Of a stretch of 64,000 bases of DNA, positions 25,445 to 43,509 are shown piece by piece (within the stretch, counting starts at the first letter, position 1; every line of letters starts with the position of its first letter). The notes beneath the pieces were generated by a model. It did no database searches. It saw only the letters and a list, made by a program, of their open reading frames with translations, and had not been told where the DNA came from. Both the position numbers and the translations under genes were made by a program. The DNA is from Eledone cirrhosa (Eukaryota): assembly GCA_964016885.1 (NCBI GenBank), contig OZ024745.1, positions 85,064,001-85,128,000 on the forward strand. Reading direction: 5' to 3'.

Positions 25445-25686
25445 TATATATATATGTATATATATATGTATATGTATATATATATATCTATGAAATTAAT
25501 AAATGGAAACTATATTTATAAAACCATATTTATTTCATTATACATATTTCATTTATTAATATCGTATTTTTACTACAAATATTTGTTGAGTGCTTTATAT
25601 CAGTTCTAAAAATATTTGCTTGTTGTATCCCAACAATTTAAATAGAACTTTACATATATACATATGTATATATATATATATGTATA

Positions 25687-28600
25687 GAAAAGAAATATGG
25701 AGAGTCGATCTAACAGCACTAGTGTTAGAGCCCCTAATTACACTGTCAAGGAACAGCCTGGTCGCTATGACTCTGCTGGCCTAGAGCCACAGAGAGGACC
25801 AGTGGATGATGGATCAGCTGTCTCTGAGACAAATATAAAGAATGCAGTTTTGTCCTGCAGAAGAGTCATCAAAATGGGCACTCTGAGTGTGAGGACTATT
25901 CGGAAGCTGGAGAAGAGAGAGGAGTTGGGTCATCTGTTCGAGGAGAGTGGTATACAGATACTTGCGATCCAAGAACATAGGATTCTACACGATGAGCCCG
26001 TAAGGAGTGTGATGATCGGGAAGAGGAGCCAACTCATCACTACATTGGCAGTGAAGAACACAACATATGCTGCAGTAAGGAGAGTGGGTTTTGTGTTCAG
26101 TGCAAAAACCAATCTATTGGTGAGGGTAATAATGCCTGTCTCCCCGCGAGTGTTGAGGGTGACCTTCAATGGAAACCCAAGACTGACAGTCATCTCAGTC
26201 TATAGTCCAACCGAGGGGGACAGTGATGTGAGTGCGGAAGAGTTCCATGAGGAGGTGTGTAGAGCTGTCAACACCACTCAAGCACACAATATCCTGCTTG
26301 TTTTGGGGGACTTCAATGCACATCTGAGTAAGGAGGGCAGTGAAGATCCTTGCTGGTACTTCCATAACAACATCAACCGAAATGGAAGACTACTGAGAGA
26401 CACCCTGCTGGAGGCAAACTTGATAGCGACCAACCTAAGGTTTAGGAAGAATCTGGGGAAGATGTGGACCTACATCTCAGATATGCACCTGTCCAAGTCC
26501 CAGATTCATTTCATTCTGGTGAGGAAAAAGTGGCGGAATAGTGTTCTGAACACAGAACCATACAACTATTTCAGTACACTGGGTAGTGACCACCGGCTTG
26601 TTATGAGTGAGGTCCGGGTGAGCTTAATAAAGAGCAAGGTTCGGCCCCGGAGAGCAATCTATGACTGGGGAGCTTTCAAGGAAGATGATACGCTACAGGA
26701 GAGGTTCACAGTGGAAGTGAGAAACAGGTTTAGTGCTCTGTGTGGAGAGTCAGAGGAGAGAGAGATTGGATGGACTGAGGAGAGTGTGGCGAGGAGGTAC
26801 GGGCACTTCACCAATGCAGTGGCGGAAGCAAGTGAAACCCTGGTGCCGAGGAAAAAGAAGAAAAGGAAGCACGTCAGCTCTGCAAACCCAAAAGTGTGTG
26901 CAGCCAGAGAACACCTGAAAGCTGCCAAGGACCAAATCTATGCTGATCCTACGGAGGAGAGGATGGAGACTGTAGAGGTGATGAGGGAAGAACTCTGTAC
27001 CGCTTACACTGAGGTCAGAGAGGAGGCACTGATAGAGAAGATCAGAAGTGTGGAGAGAACGGTTGACAGATCTGGATGATCATCAACGAGATCACAGGGA
27101 GGAAGAAAAGGTGTTCGAGTCAGATCCAGGGAACGGGGCCCGAGGATAGGAAGAGGAAATGGCTAGACAATTTTAGGACCCTAATAGGAGAGCCAGCCTC
27201 CACAGCCCAGAGCACTGGGGAGATCAGGCGGCTGTTTGAGGAACTGGATGTTGAGACAGAGCCCTTCACCAGAGAGGAGCTTCAGAGAGCCAAGAAGAGG
27301 ATCAAGGAGGGCAAGGCTCATGGAGAAGATGGAGTGGCATCAGAGGTGATGAAGAGGTGTGATTTTGATGATATCATCCTGGGGTTCTGTAACCTGGCAC
27401 TGGAGAAAGGAGTTTCCTCGAATCAGTTGAGGATCAGTAACATCGTCCCAGTGTCAAAGAAGGGAGATCTCTCTAACACCAACAACTACAGGTGGCTCTC
27501 ACTGACGTCACTTGTGGCAAAGACCCTCAACAGGATGATTCTTAGCAGGATCCAGCCTGGGATGGAGAAGAAGCTCAGGGACAACCAGAACGGCTTCAGA
27601 GAGGGAAGATCAACCACCAGTCACATCCTGATGCTGAAGAGGATATTAGAGGGAGCTAGAGCAAAGTGCCTTCCTGCGGTCATGGTTTTCATTGACTTTA
27701 GGAAGGCCTTTGATTCTGTGGACCGTTACTGCCTGATGAAGATCTTACAGGCTTATGGAATCCCCAAGAAGATAGTGGACCTGATATCACTGCTCTACAA
27801 CAACACCAAAGCCCAAGTCATTACACCTGATGGGATGACAGAGTTCTTTGAGATACTGGCTGGAGTGCTCCAGGGAGATACATTGGCTCCCTACCATTTT
27901 ATCAGCGTAGTGGACTATTGTATGCGCCTTGCACTGGAGAAACACCAGGACTCTGGCTTTACTGTAGTACCGGCTCAGAGCAGGAGAGTTAGGGCGAAAA
28001 AGGTATCCGATGCTGAATTTGCCGACGTCATAGTTTTGGTGACAAATACAGTGAAGGAGGCAGAGGATTTGATGTGGGAGGTTAAGACTGTGTCGATGAG
28101 TGTGGGGCTGAGAATGAATGAGACTAAAACAAAATATCTGGTAGAGAATGTTGAGAAGCCAGAGGGGATCACTAATGTAGGCGGGAAGCCGCTAGAATTG
28201 GTTGAGGGCTTCCTGTATTTGGGAGCAAAGATTGGGAATACGGAAGATGATGTGGTTGAGAGGAAGAGCAAAGCCTGGGCGGCGTGCCACAGCTTGAGAT
28301 CGGTGTGGAAGTCGGACCTTCGTAAAGACCTGAAAATCCGCCTATTCATTGCTGTAGTGGGGTCTGTGCTGCTGTATGGGTCTGAGACATGGACGCTGAC
28401 CAAGAAACTCACTCAGATGGTGGATGGGTGCTACACGAGAATGCTGAGGATGGCTCTGAAAATTAATCAGTATACACTGAGGATAAAAATCTCAGAGCTG
28501 TATGGGAGCATCCCAAAATTCAGCTCAAAAGTGACACAGAGGAGACTGAGGTTAGCTGGACATACTCACCGTCATCCAGAGTTGACATTGCACTCAGTGC

Positions 28601-28776
28601 TCCTGTGGGAGCCCCTACATGGACACACTAGAAGAGGAAGACCAAGGTTAACGTATGTTGATACCCTAAGGACAGACACTGGTCTGTTGGAGACGCAGGA
28701 CTTGGCAGCGATAATGAGGGACAGAGACCGCTGGAGAGAACTCGTCCATGGATCTCGGGAATTTTACCCGCCTTAG
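25687..28776 (+). mobile_element. RTE-clade LINE (RTE2), near full-length APE endonuclease + RT, inactivated
   Basis: EN: IQEHR, VYSPT, GDFNAH, SDH (25697-27079). RT: QNGFR, FIDFRKAFDSV, GVLQGDTLAP, FADV in place of (Y/F)[19 protein letters not shown] (27076-28776). Frameshift near 27075. Confidence 0.92.
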
Positions 28777-30014
<1,238 letters not shown>

Positions 30015-31320
30015 TATAAAATATTAAAAAAATAATGAATAAAACAATGAAACAGTTCCTCATATTAAACAAAAAAGTTCATTATTTAACGATCGTTTCT
30101 AGGACATATATGTGTTAGAATTGGTATGCATATTCAACAGATCTATGTACAAAATTATACAAAATTATACAAATTATCAAATAGAATATACATACCAACA
30201 CATACATATGCCGTCTTCAGAAATAATGAAATATATTTATTGATAATAACAACAATTCAAAATTATAGGTCTGTTTGGGAACAGAGTTCAAATAGACCAA
30301 TGAAATACACAAAATATATCAAGAAAATACAGTTAGGTGTGTGTATATATGTAAGTAACTTCGTTCACAGATATGCATAAAAATATATGTTCACATGCAT
30401 ACGCATGTCGAAAAAATGTATGTAAATACAAAAATTCAGGGCTAATGTCTCTGTATGTTTATAATCCACAGACAAAATACACATACGTATATAAACATAT
30501 ATACACTCATATATACACACATATACATACATTCATACACACACACGCATATACACATAAACATACACATACCCACGAACATACACACACACACACACAC
30601 GCACACACACACACACACATACGTATATATTATTATTATAACTATATGGATACTAAGGCGCACACATAAACACTGCCACATATATTTACATCTAGATGCA
30701 GAAACTAAAGTAGGTAAAGGGATTCAGTAATTACTTAGGGTGTCAGACAACAGCCTATTTATAAAATGTATCTATAAATTTAGAAATAAAAACAAATATA
30801 TTAAAAACAAATAAACAAGTAAAATATATACTCATACATAAAATACACACCGATATACATATATATATATATTTACATATATATATATATATATATACAT
30901 ATATATATACATACATATATATATAGAGATATATACATATATAAATACATAGACACACATACATACACACATATATATATACATATACTCACAACACACA
31001 TATATATATACACATATATGTACATACACATACACACATACATACATATACATACATATATATACACATATATATACATACATATATATACACACATATA
31101 TATACATATACATACACGCACATATATATACACACACACACACATACATATACGTATATATTCATACACATACACATATCCATGTATATATATACACATA
31201 CAACCACACGCTCACACACAACTCAGACATACATAAATAAAGAGATATACATACACACACATATATATATATAGATATATACATACACATAAATATATAC
31301 ACGCACACACACATGCTCAT

Positions 31321-31374
<54 letters not shown>

Positions 31375-31383
31375 ATTTATTTA

Positions 31384-31435
<52 letters not shown>

Positions 31436-31550
31436 TAAATAAATACACACAGTCAGACAATTATGCACATATATAGACATACGTACACACATCTCTACAA
31501 ATATATATACACACATACATACACACATATACATATATATACACACACAC

Positions 31551-31583
<33 letters not shown>

Positions 31584-34500
31584 CAATCATACACATTTAT
31601 TTACATGCGCACATATGTATATTTATACTCACATACAAACACCCAAACATACATACATACTTACATACACATACATACATCCACGCTTACAAATACGAAT
31701 AATTATAGGGGGGGGGATTAAAATTATTAGTGGGAAATAGTAAATATAGGTTTCAAGGAACATAGAATATTAATCTGCATTTAGATTATAATATGTGTTT
31801 ACATAGTAGTTTCAGTATTAGGAAATGTAAGAAAGAAGGCAAAATTATGCATTTTAATATAAGTAGACTATTAATTATAGGTTAACTAAATTAAAAATAG
31901 TTAATATATTGATTTCTAAGCTGTATACTACTTAGGTTTATAATATTTAAAGCGGAATTTTGAAGTTAAACAGTAGTAGAGTATTAATTATAGCATAACT
32001 AAATTAAAAATATTAACATTATGGTATCAATTTTAGGAAATGAATTTAGTAATAGGGAAAATCAAATCAAGTATTTCATCGGTAGTAGAATATAAATTAT
32101 AGGTTAACTAAATTAAAAATTATATATTAATTTCTATAGTATATGTTAATTAGGTTTATAATAATTAAAGCAGATTTTGTATTTTATCTATAGTAGAATA
32201 TAATTATAGGTTAACAAAAATTAAAATTAATATATATATATATATTTAATTGTAAAGAATATATTAATTAGGTATATATTTAAAAGTTTATCTCAGTTTA
32301 AGATTACATGATATTCTGCAATCCATCTGTATTAGAATTTTAATTTTAAACTAACTAAATTAAAATTAATTTATAAATTAATTTCTAAATTCTACATTAA
32401 TTAGGTTTATAATATTAAAAAGTATTTCTCTGTTATTGATTACACGATATTTTGTTATATTTCATCTGTAAAGGAATTTTAATAAAAGGTTAAATAAACT
32501 AAAATTAATCTATAAATTAATTTACAAAGTATATATTAATTATGTTAATAATATTTAAAAGTTTTTCACACTTTATGATTACACAATATTTTTTATTCTC
32601 ATCTGTAGTAGAATTTTAATTAAATTAAAGTTATAGGTTAACTACATTTAAATTAAATTATATATTAATTTCTAAAATATATATTATTAATTAGGTTTAT
32701 AATATTTAAATGTTTTTCTCAGTCTATGATTACACGATATAATTAATTCCTGTCGCTTATTTAATAGGATATCCTTAGATTTCATTATTTCAAATAGTTC
32801 TTGGGAACATAATCTACATTCATTTCTATTATTTTGATAAGGGGTGGCTCTTTTGAGCACACTCCAGGTCATATCATATTCTATATTCTTATTTCTATAA
32901 CTATTAATTTTTTCTGCTAGAGATGTTGTATTAGCCAGTGCGGCATTTTTAAAACTATGTTTGTAGGTATTAAACCTTACCTTAAAATTGTTAGAAGTAG
33001 CTCCTATATATGAGCAAATAGAATCTTTAGTTTTAACTTTACATTTATAAACTATGTTGTTAACAAGACAATTTCCTTTTAATGGGCAGTTTGCTTTGTT
33101 TCTACAGTTACAACCTTTCGTTAATTCTGTATTTGAAGAGATATTATGGTTAGTTTGATGTATTGGTGGTATACTTATGGGTTTTTTACATTTATATGCA
33201 TTATAGGCACTTATATTTTGTTTTATGTTTTTGGTTGTTGAGTATGAGAATTTAACTGTTGATCTATTTAAGATTTGATGGTATTTGTGGTTTGGCGGGA
33301 AGTTCTTCTCTAGGATATAAAAGAATTTTTTAGCAATATTATCCTTAATTTGTAAATTAAATGGAGCATTATACCAAGTAACTCGTCTATTACGGTTTCT
33401 ATGTTGTTTATTATTTTTATAGGTTGCATCGTGATGTTTACTAGGAGGATTAATGTTAATGACCTCACCACGCACATTTTTAGTTAGATTTATTGATTTA
33501 GGTATTTTATCTTGTTTATTAGGAGTTTTATTATTAACATTTATTAGAGTTGTATGATGAGTAGTTTTTTGAGAGTTACTATACTTTATATTAGAGGAGT
33601 TGTTGGTATTTTGGGGTATAGTGTGAGTGGCATTTAGGTGTGTACTTTTCATTTGGTGTTTGTTGGTAATATTAGGTTGTATGTTTATAGTATGTTTATA
33701 GTATTTTTGTGGCCACTTCTATCTAGAGCTTCATTATAGAAGGTCGCATTTTTATCAAATACATCTTGGTTAGACGAAAGGTTAGAAATTCTAAGTGGTA
33801 TATTATATGCAAGGTTTTTAAGGATAGATTTAGGGTGATTAGATTGTGAGTGTATGTAGTGTAAGTTTTGGTTGGGTTTATGGTAAGGTTGGTAGATACC
33901 CGTAGCTAAGTCTACAGTTATATCTAGGAAATTAACTACTTTACTTGTGTTTTCAAAAGTAATATGAAGACTATAATAGTCTTTAAGGAAAGTTCTAATA
34001 AGCTTTTTGTTTTTTTCTATTTCTGAGAGGCTAGGGTTGTTGGAAAGAAGAAGACAGTCATCACGATATAAACCACCTTTAAGGTGGGGAAAGGAAGCAT
34101 TTATGTTGAAAAGAAGAAAGAGGCCCACAAGATCAGTAATTTGGGCAGAATCGCTTGAACCCATAGTAATATCAAATAGATTACTATATGTGTTTCTGGT
34201 CCAGTATTCATTCTGAAATTCAATAAGTGTTAGTCTAGCATGTGTAATAATATTAATGTCATCCAAAGTTAAGTTAGATCTATTTTTAGCAAATATCAAA
34301 GCTTTGTTCAGGAGTATAGGTGATATAGAAGAATAGTAATTATCTATATCAAATTGTAGAAATGAGGCAGAAGATTTACATCTAATATTTTTAAACCAGT
34401 TAATTACCTGGGAAGTGTTTTCCCAGAGTGGTAAATTAACATGTTTTCTTATTTGTGGGATGACTCTATCCAAAATTTTTTTGCTAATTATTCCAATATC

Positions 34501-34621
34501 AGATTTGGAGGGACATATAAGTCTTATAGAAGGATTAGAGTTAAAGTTTGATTTATGATCCTTCAGGTTGAAGTGTGGTCTTTTCAATGCCAAAGGTTCA
34601 GTTCTATCTTCAATATTTAGT
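30015..34621 (-). mobile_element. PLE family A copy A2, 5'-truncated; RT (33685-34621) and GIY-YIG (32687-33652) separated by a frameshift
   Basis: [47 protein letters not shown]; 3' region collinear with A1. Confidence 0.92.
30078..30230 (-). ncRNA. Family A long-helix-II hammerhead-like motif
   Basis: Reverse complement reads TTCATTATTT-CTGAAGA-...-GAAA-CGATCG-TT-AAATAATGAA. Confidence 0.75.
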
Positions 34622-34639
34622 TTATGTATATATGTATAT

Positions 34640-34673
<34 letters not shown>

Positions 34674-34718
34674 ATGTGTATATGTATATATATATGTATA
34701 TATGTATATATATAAATG

Positions 34719-34757
<39 letters not shown>

Positions 34758-34762
34758 ATATG

Positions 34763-34795
<33 letters not shown>

Positions 34796-34842
34796 GTATA
34801 TGTATATATATATATGTATATATGTATATATATATATATATG

Positions 34843-34937
<95 letters not shown>

Positions 34938-34940
34938 ATA

Positions 34941-34998
<58 letters not shown>

Positions 34999-35043
34999 TA
35001 AACAAATAATGAATAAACAATTCCTTATATTAAACAAAAAAAG

Positions 35044-35197
35044 TTCATTATTTAACGATCGTTTCTAGGATATATATGTGTTAGAGTTGGCATGCATATT
35101 CAACAGATCTATGTACAAAATTATACAAAATTATACAAACTATCAAGATTAAATATACATACCAACACATATATACGCTGTCTTCAGAAATAATGAA
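35044..35197 (-). ncRNA. Family A long-helix-II hammerhead-like motif (A3 left arm)
   Basis: Mirror of 45024-45177. Confidence 0.75.
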
Positions 35198-35838
35198 ATA
35201 TATTTATTGATAATAACAACAATTCAAACTTTCAGGTCCGTTTGGGAACAAAATTGACCAATGAAAATACAAAAGGTTTAATGCCGTTCGGTGTGTGTAT
35301 ATACATGTAATAACCCTTACACATATTTTACAAAAATGTATGCACAACCTGTATACTCATACAAAAAGGATGGATGCAAATACAAAATTTCAAGGTTAAT
35401 GTCTCTGTAAGTTTATAATGCACAGATAAGATGCGTATAGATACATAAATATGAAATAAGTGTATACACATATTTTCATACTAACACATATCAGTACAAT
35501 CACACATACACGCGCGTATATGCATAAACATACACATAAACTACAAACATACAAACACACACACACCACCACTCACATATATATATGTGGATATAAAATC
35601 CTAAGCACATGGATATTAATTCACTCACATAAACACTGGCACACACATTTAGATAAAGATACAGAAATTAGGTGGGAGGGGGGGGGGAGAGGTCAGTATT
35701 CAACGGTTTGGGCTGCCTGCTTAATATAGATGTATCTATAAACTAAGAAAATAAAAAATAATAATAAATAATAAATAAACATTAAAAAGGAAAGAAAAGA
35801 AAAAGAAAAAAGAAAAAAGAAAAAAGAAATATATCAAG

Positions 35839-35869
<31 letters not shown>

Positions 35870-36081
35870 CCATATATATATATTTATATATATATACATA
35901 CATATATATACACATACACATACATACACACACACACACACATATACATATACACATACATATATACAAACACATACATACATATACACACATCCACACT
36001 TAGAACAAAACATACACACACATATATAAACATATACATATACACACATAGATACAAATACACACATACATATAAATACAC

Positions 36082-36146
<65 letters not shown>

Positions 36147-36433
36147 CACTCATACATACGCATATAATCACACATACTATATAGACACACATATATATAC
36201 ACACATACATACACATATACCTACACTTACATACATATATACATACAGATATACACATACATACCTATATATACACACAAATACATACAGACATATATAC
36301 ATACATACAGACAAATACTTACGCATCTATATATCGGTATATACATACAAACACCACTACACTCTCACACAACTCAGACATACAAAGAAAAAGGTATATA
36401 CCCATACACATATACATATACAAATAGAGAAAC

Positions 36434-36492
<59 letters not shown>

Positions 36493-36712
36493 CATACATA
36501 TACATATACACATACACACATACACATACAAACACATACATACATGTACAACCACATAGATATATATACACACACACATACACACATACACATACATATA
36601 TAGTCATACAACCACATACACCTACACGAACATACACATACACATATACAAAGATATATATACACACACACACACACACATACACACACACACATATATA
36701 TAAAAAAAATAA

Positions 36713-36763
<51 letters not shown>

Positions 36764-37375
36764 CACATACATACACACATACATAGACATATATGTACAT
36801 ACATACATATACATAGATACATACACATACATACATACATATATATATACACACATAGACATATACATACATACACACACAACATACATATACACATATA
36901 TACTCATACATAGAATTAGATATATAAACATACATACATACGCACTTACATATACTCATATATACCAATACAAACGCATCCATATATGCGTATATACATA
37001 GAAACACCACTACACCCTCACCCAACTCAGATATACAAAGAAAAAGGCATATACATATACATATATACACGCATTAATAGAGATATATATACACATATAT
37101 ATATATATATATATATGTGTGTACACACATACACTTATATACATATACCCACACACACATACAACCATAAATACACATACAAACACCCACATATATAAAT
37201 ATATACACATATATATATATATATACACACACATAAAAAACAGAGATGCACACATATATATTTTTTTACACATATATATACACATATATATACATATACA
37301 CACCCTCACATATACACATACACATAAGTTATATTATAATAATAAATAATATATATATATATACATATACATATA

Positions 37376-37407
<32 letters not shown>

Positions 37408-37722
37408 CATATATATATATATACACACACACATATGAATATAGACATATAAACACACATAGATATATATACATACATATATACACATACATATACACAC
37501 ACACACATATACACATTCACATATACATGTGTGTGCATACACACATATATATACACATACACACATATACACATAAACACATATATGTGTATACATGCAC
37601 ACACACACACATATATCCACATAGATACGAAGATATACATATAAATAGAGAGACATACATATATATACACACACACACATATACATACATACATACACAC
37701 ACATATATATATATACATATAC

Positions 37723-37773
<51 letters not shown>

Positions 37774-39111
37774 CAGACATACACATACACATACATATAC
37801 ACACATGCATATATACACACATATACACATACATACACACATATATATATATACACACAATCATACATTCTTATTTGCATGCGCATATATGTATTTTTAT
37901 ATTCAGATATAAATACCCAAATATATATACACCTACCTACATATATATTCATACATACACGCTTACAAACACAGATGATAATAGTATGGGGGAAAGGGGG
38001 GGGTTGGAGAAGGGGATTATAGTAAATATATGTTTTAAGAAACATAGAATATTATCCGTATCTAGATCCAATGTATGTTTATACATAGTATCAGTGTTAG
38101 GAAATACAATAAACAAGGAATAAGGCAAAATTTATGCAATTCAAAATAAATAAGTATACCATTAATTATATGTTAACTAAACTAAAGATAGTTAACATAT
38201 TGATTTCTAAGGTGTAAATTAGTTAGGTTTATAATATTTGAAGCAGAATTTTGAAGTTAAATAGTAGTAGAGTATTAATTATAGTATAACTAAATTAAAG
38301 TTAATAACTTTATGGTATCAATATTAGGTAATGAATTTAGTAATAGGGAAAAAACAAATAAAGTATTACATCGGTAGTAAAATATAAAATATAGGTTAAT
38401 TAAATTAAAAATTATATATTTATTTCTATAGTATATGTTAATTAGGTATATAATAAATAAAACAGATATTGTATTTTATCAATAGCAGAATATAATTATA
38501 TGCAAATAGAAATCAAAATTAATACATATACATATACATATATATACACATATATATATACACATATATATACATATATATATACATATATACACATATA
38601 CATACGCACATACATACACATACACATATACATATACATATTTTTTCAAAAATTGCAAAGAATATATTAACTAGGTATAAATCCAAAACACATCCCATTC
38701 TATGATTAGATGACATTCTGCAATTCGTCTGTATAAGGATATTAATTTTAAGCCAATTAAATTAAATTTTTAGGTTGATTAAAATTAAAACCAAATTATA
38801 AATATATTTCTAAAATGTATATTAATTAGGTCTATATTACTAAAAATTATTTCTCTGTCATTGGATACACTATATTTTGTTATATTTTATCTGTAAAAGA
38901 ATTATAATAAAAAAAATTATAATAAAAGGTTTAAATAAATTAAAATTAATCTATAAATTAAAATACTAAGTATATATTAGTAATATTTAAAGGTTTTTCA
39001 CAATTTATGATTACATAATATTTTATATTCTCATCTGTAATAGAATTTTAATTAAATTAAATTTATAGGTTAACTAACATTTAAATTAAATTAATTTCTA
39101 AAATAATGTTA

Positions 39112-40612
39112 TTAATTAGGTTTATAATATTTAAATGTTTTTTTTAGTTTATGATTACACGATATAATTAATTCCTGTCGTTTATTTAATAGGATATCCT
39201 TAGATTTCATTATTTCAAATAGTTCTTGGGAACATAATCTACATTCATTTCTATTATTTTGATAAGGGGTGGCTCTTTTGAGCACACTCCAGGTCAAATC
39301 ATATTCTATATTCTTATTTTTATAACTATTGATTTTTTCTGCTAGAGATGTTGTATTAGCCAGTGCGGCATTTTTAAAACTATGCTTATGGGTATTAAAC
39401 CTTGTCTTAAAATTGTTAGAGGTAGCTCCTATATATGAGCAAATAGAATCTTTAGTTTTAACATTACATTTATAGACTATGTTGTTAACAAGACAATTCC
39501 CTTTTAATGGGCAGTTTGCTTTGTTTCTACAGTTACAACCTTTCGTTAATTCTGTATTTGAGGAGATATTATGGTTAATTTGATGTACTGGTGGTATACT
39601 TATGGTTTTCTTACATTTATATGCATTATAGGCACTTATATTTTGTTTTATGTTATTTGTTGTAGAGTATGAGAATTTAACTGTAGACCTATTTAAGATT
39701 TGATGGTATTTGTGGTTTGGCGGGAAGTTTTTCTCTAGGATATAAAAAAATTTTTTAGCAATATTATCCTTAATTTGTAAATTAAATGGAGCATTATACC
39801 AAGTAACCCGTCTATTACGGTTTCTATGTTGTTTATTATTTTTATTATTTTTATAGGTTGTATCGTGATTTGTACTAGGAGGATTAATGTTAATGAACTC
39901 ACCACAACCATTTTTAGTTATATTTGTAGATTTAGGTGTTTTATCCTTTTTATTAGGAGTTTTATTAATATGATAAGTAGTTTTTTGAGAGTTACTATAC
40001 TTTATATTAGAAGATTTGGTATTTTGGGGTATAGTGTGGGTGGCATTTAGGTGTGTACTTTTCATTTGGTGTTTGTTGGTAATATTAGGTTGTATGCTTT
40101 CAGTATTTTTAGTAGAAGGTATATATTCTAATCTATTTTTGTGGCCACTTCTATCTAGAGCTTCGTTATAGAAGGTCGCATTTTTATCAAATACATCTTG
40201 GTTAGAAGAAAGGTTAGAAATTCTAAGTGATATATTATATGCAAGGTTTTTAAGGATAGATTTAGGGTGATTAGATTGTGAGTGTATGTAATGTAAGTTT
40301 TGGTTTGGTTTATGGTAAGGTTGGTAGATACCCGTAGCTAAATCTAAAGTTATATCTAGGAAATTTACTACTTTACTTGTTTTTTCAAAAGTAATATTAA
40401 GATTATAATAGTCTTTAAGGAAAGTTCTAATATGTTTTTTGTTTTTTTCAATTTCTGAAAGGCTAAGGTTGTTAGAAAGAAGAAGACAGTCATCACGATA
40501 TAAACCACCTTTGAGGTGGGGAAAGGAGGCATTTATGTTGAAAAGGAGAAAGAGGCCCACAAGATCAGTAATTTGGGCGGAATCGCTTGAACCCATAGTA
40601 ATATCAAAAAGT
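39112..40612 (-). CDS. PLE RT C-terminus, Asn/Thr-rich linker and GIY-YIG; uninterrupted, 5'-truncated at the inversion
   Basis: ORF 39112-40650; the first ~12 codons come from the inverted arm. Confidence 0.88.
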
Positions 40613-42448
40613 ATACCATAAGTATACCACCAGTACATCAAATTAACCATAATATCTCCTCAAATACAGAATTAACGAAAGGTTGTAACTGTAGAAACAA
40701 AGCAAACTGCCCATTAAAAGGGAATTGTCTTGTTAACAACATAGTCTATAAATGTAATGTTAAAACTAAAGATTCTATTTGCTCATATATAGGAGCTACC
40801 TCTAACAATTTTAAGACAAGGTTTAATACCCATAAGCATAGTTTTAAAAATGCCGCACTGGCTAATACAACATCTCTAGCAGAAAAAATCAATAGTTATA
40901 AAAATAAGAATATAGAATATGATTTGACCTGGAGTGTGCTCAAAAGAGCCACCCCTTATCAAAATAATAGAAATGAATGTAGATTATGTTCCCAAGAACT
41001 ATTTGAAATAATGAAATCTAAGGATATCCTATTAAATAAACGACAGGAATTAATTATATCGTGTAATCATAAACTAAAAAAAACATTTAAATATTATAAA
41101 CCTAATTAATAACATTATTTTAGAAATTAATTTAATTTAAATGTTAGTTAACCTATAAATTTAATTTAATTAAAATTCTATTACAGATGAGAATATAAAA
41201 TATTATGTAATCATAAATTGTGAAAAACCTTTAAATATTACTAATATATACTTAGTATTTTAATTTATAGATTAATTTTAATTTATTTAAACCTTTTATT
41301 ATAATTTTTTTTATTATAATTCTTTTACAGATAAAATATAACAAAATATAGTGTATCCAATGACAGAGAAATAATTTTTAGTAATATAGACCTAATTAAT
41401 ATACATTTTAGAAATATATTTATAATTTGGTTTTAATTTTAATCAACCTAAAAATTTAATTTAATTGGCTTAAAATTAATATCCTTATACAGACGAATTG
41501 CAGAATGTCATCTAATCATAGAATGGGATGTGTTTTGGATTTATACCTAGTTAATATATTCTTTGCAATTTTTGAAAAAATATGTATATGTATATGTGTA
41601 TGTGTATGTATGTGCGTATGTATATGTGTATATATGTATATATATATGTATATATATGTGTATATATATATGTGTATATATATGTATATGTATATGTATT
41701 AATTTTGATTTCTATTTGCATATAATTATATTCTGCTATTGATAAAATACAATATCTGTTTTATTTATTATATACCTAATTAACATATACTATAGAAATA
41801 AATATATAATTTTTAATTTAATTAACCTATATTTTATATTTTACTACCGATGTAATACTTTATTTGTTTTTTCCCTATTACTAAATTCATTTCCTAATAT
41901 TGATACCATAAAGTTATTAACTTTAATTTAGTTATACTATAATTAATACTCTACTACTATTTAACTTCAAAATTCTGCTTCAAATATTATAAACCTAACT
42001 AATTTACACCTTAGAAATCAATATGTTATCTATCTTTAGTTTAGTTAACATATAATTAATGGTATACTTATTTATTTTGAATTGCATAAATTTTGCCTTA
42101 TTCCTTGTTTATTGTATTTCCTAACACTGATACTATGTATAAACATACATTGGATCTAGATACGGATAATATTCTATGTTTCTTGAAACATATATTTACT
42201 ATAATCCCCTTCTCCAACCCCCCCCCTTTCCCCCATACTATTATCATCTGTGTTTGTAAGCGTGTATGTATGAATATATATGTAGGTAGGTGTATATATA
42301 TTTGGGTATTTATATCTGAATATAAAAATACATATATGCGCATGCAAATAAGAATGTATGATTGTGTGTATATATATATATGTGTGTATGTATGTGTATA
42401 TGTGTGTATATATGCATGTGTGTATATGTATGTGTATGTGTATGTCTG

Positions 42449-42505
<57 letters not shown>

Positions 42506-42818
42506 GTATATGTATATATATATATGTGTGTGTATGTATGTATGTATATGTGTGTGTGTGTATATATATGTATGTCTCTCTATTTATATGTATATCTTCG
42601 TATCTATGTGGATATATGTGTGTGTGTGCATGTATACACATATATGTGTTTATGTGTATATGTGTGTATGTGTATATATATGTGTGTATGCACACACATG
42701 TATATGTGAATGTGTATATGTGTGTGTGTGTATATGTATGTGTATATATGTATGTATATATATCTATATGTGTTTATATGTCTATATTCATATGTGTGTG
42801 TGTATATATATATATATG

Positions 42819-42850
<32 letters not shown>

Positions 42851-43460
42851 TGTATATGTATATATATATATATTATTTATTATTATAATATAACTTATGT
42901 GTATGTGTATATGTGAGGGTGTGTATATGTATATATATGTGTATATATATGTGTAAAAAAATATATGTGTGCATGTCTGTTTTTTATGTGTGTGTATATA
43001 TATATATATATATGTGTATATATTTATATATGTGGGTGTTTGTATGTGTATTTATGGTTGTATGTGTGTGTGGGTATATGTATATAAGTGTATGTGTGTA
43101 CACACATATATATATATATATATATATATGTGTATATATATCTCTATTAATGCGTGTATATATGTATATGTATATGCCTTTTTCTTTGTATATCTGAGTT
43201 GGGTGAGGGTGTAGTGGTGTTTCTATGTATATACGCATATATGGATGCGTTTGTATTGGTATATATGAGTATATGTAAGTGCGTATGTATGTATGTTTAT
43301 ATATCTAATTCTATGTATGAGTATATATGTGTATATGTATGTTGTGTGTGTATGTATGTATATGTCTATGTGTGTATATATATATGTATGTATGTATGTG
43401 TATGTATCTATGTATATGTATGTATGTACATATATGTCTATGTATGTGTGTATGTATGTG

Positions 43461-43509
<49 letters not shown>

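Noticed and set aside
25930-28412. Antisense ORFs over LINE and PLE coding regions
   Set aside because: Shadow ORFs without motifs
33685-35037. 450-aa ORF as a poly-YI-RT fusion protein
   Set aside because: Chance read-through from the A3 terminus across a TA tract into truncated A2
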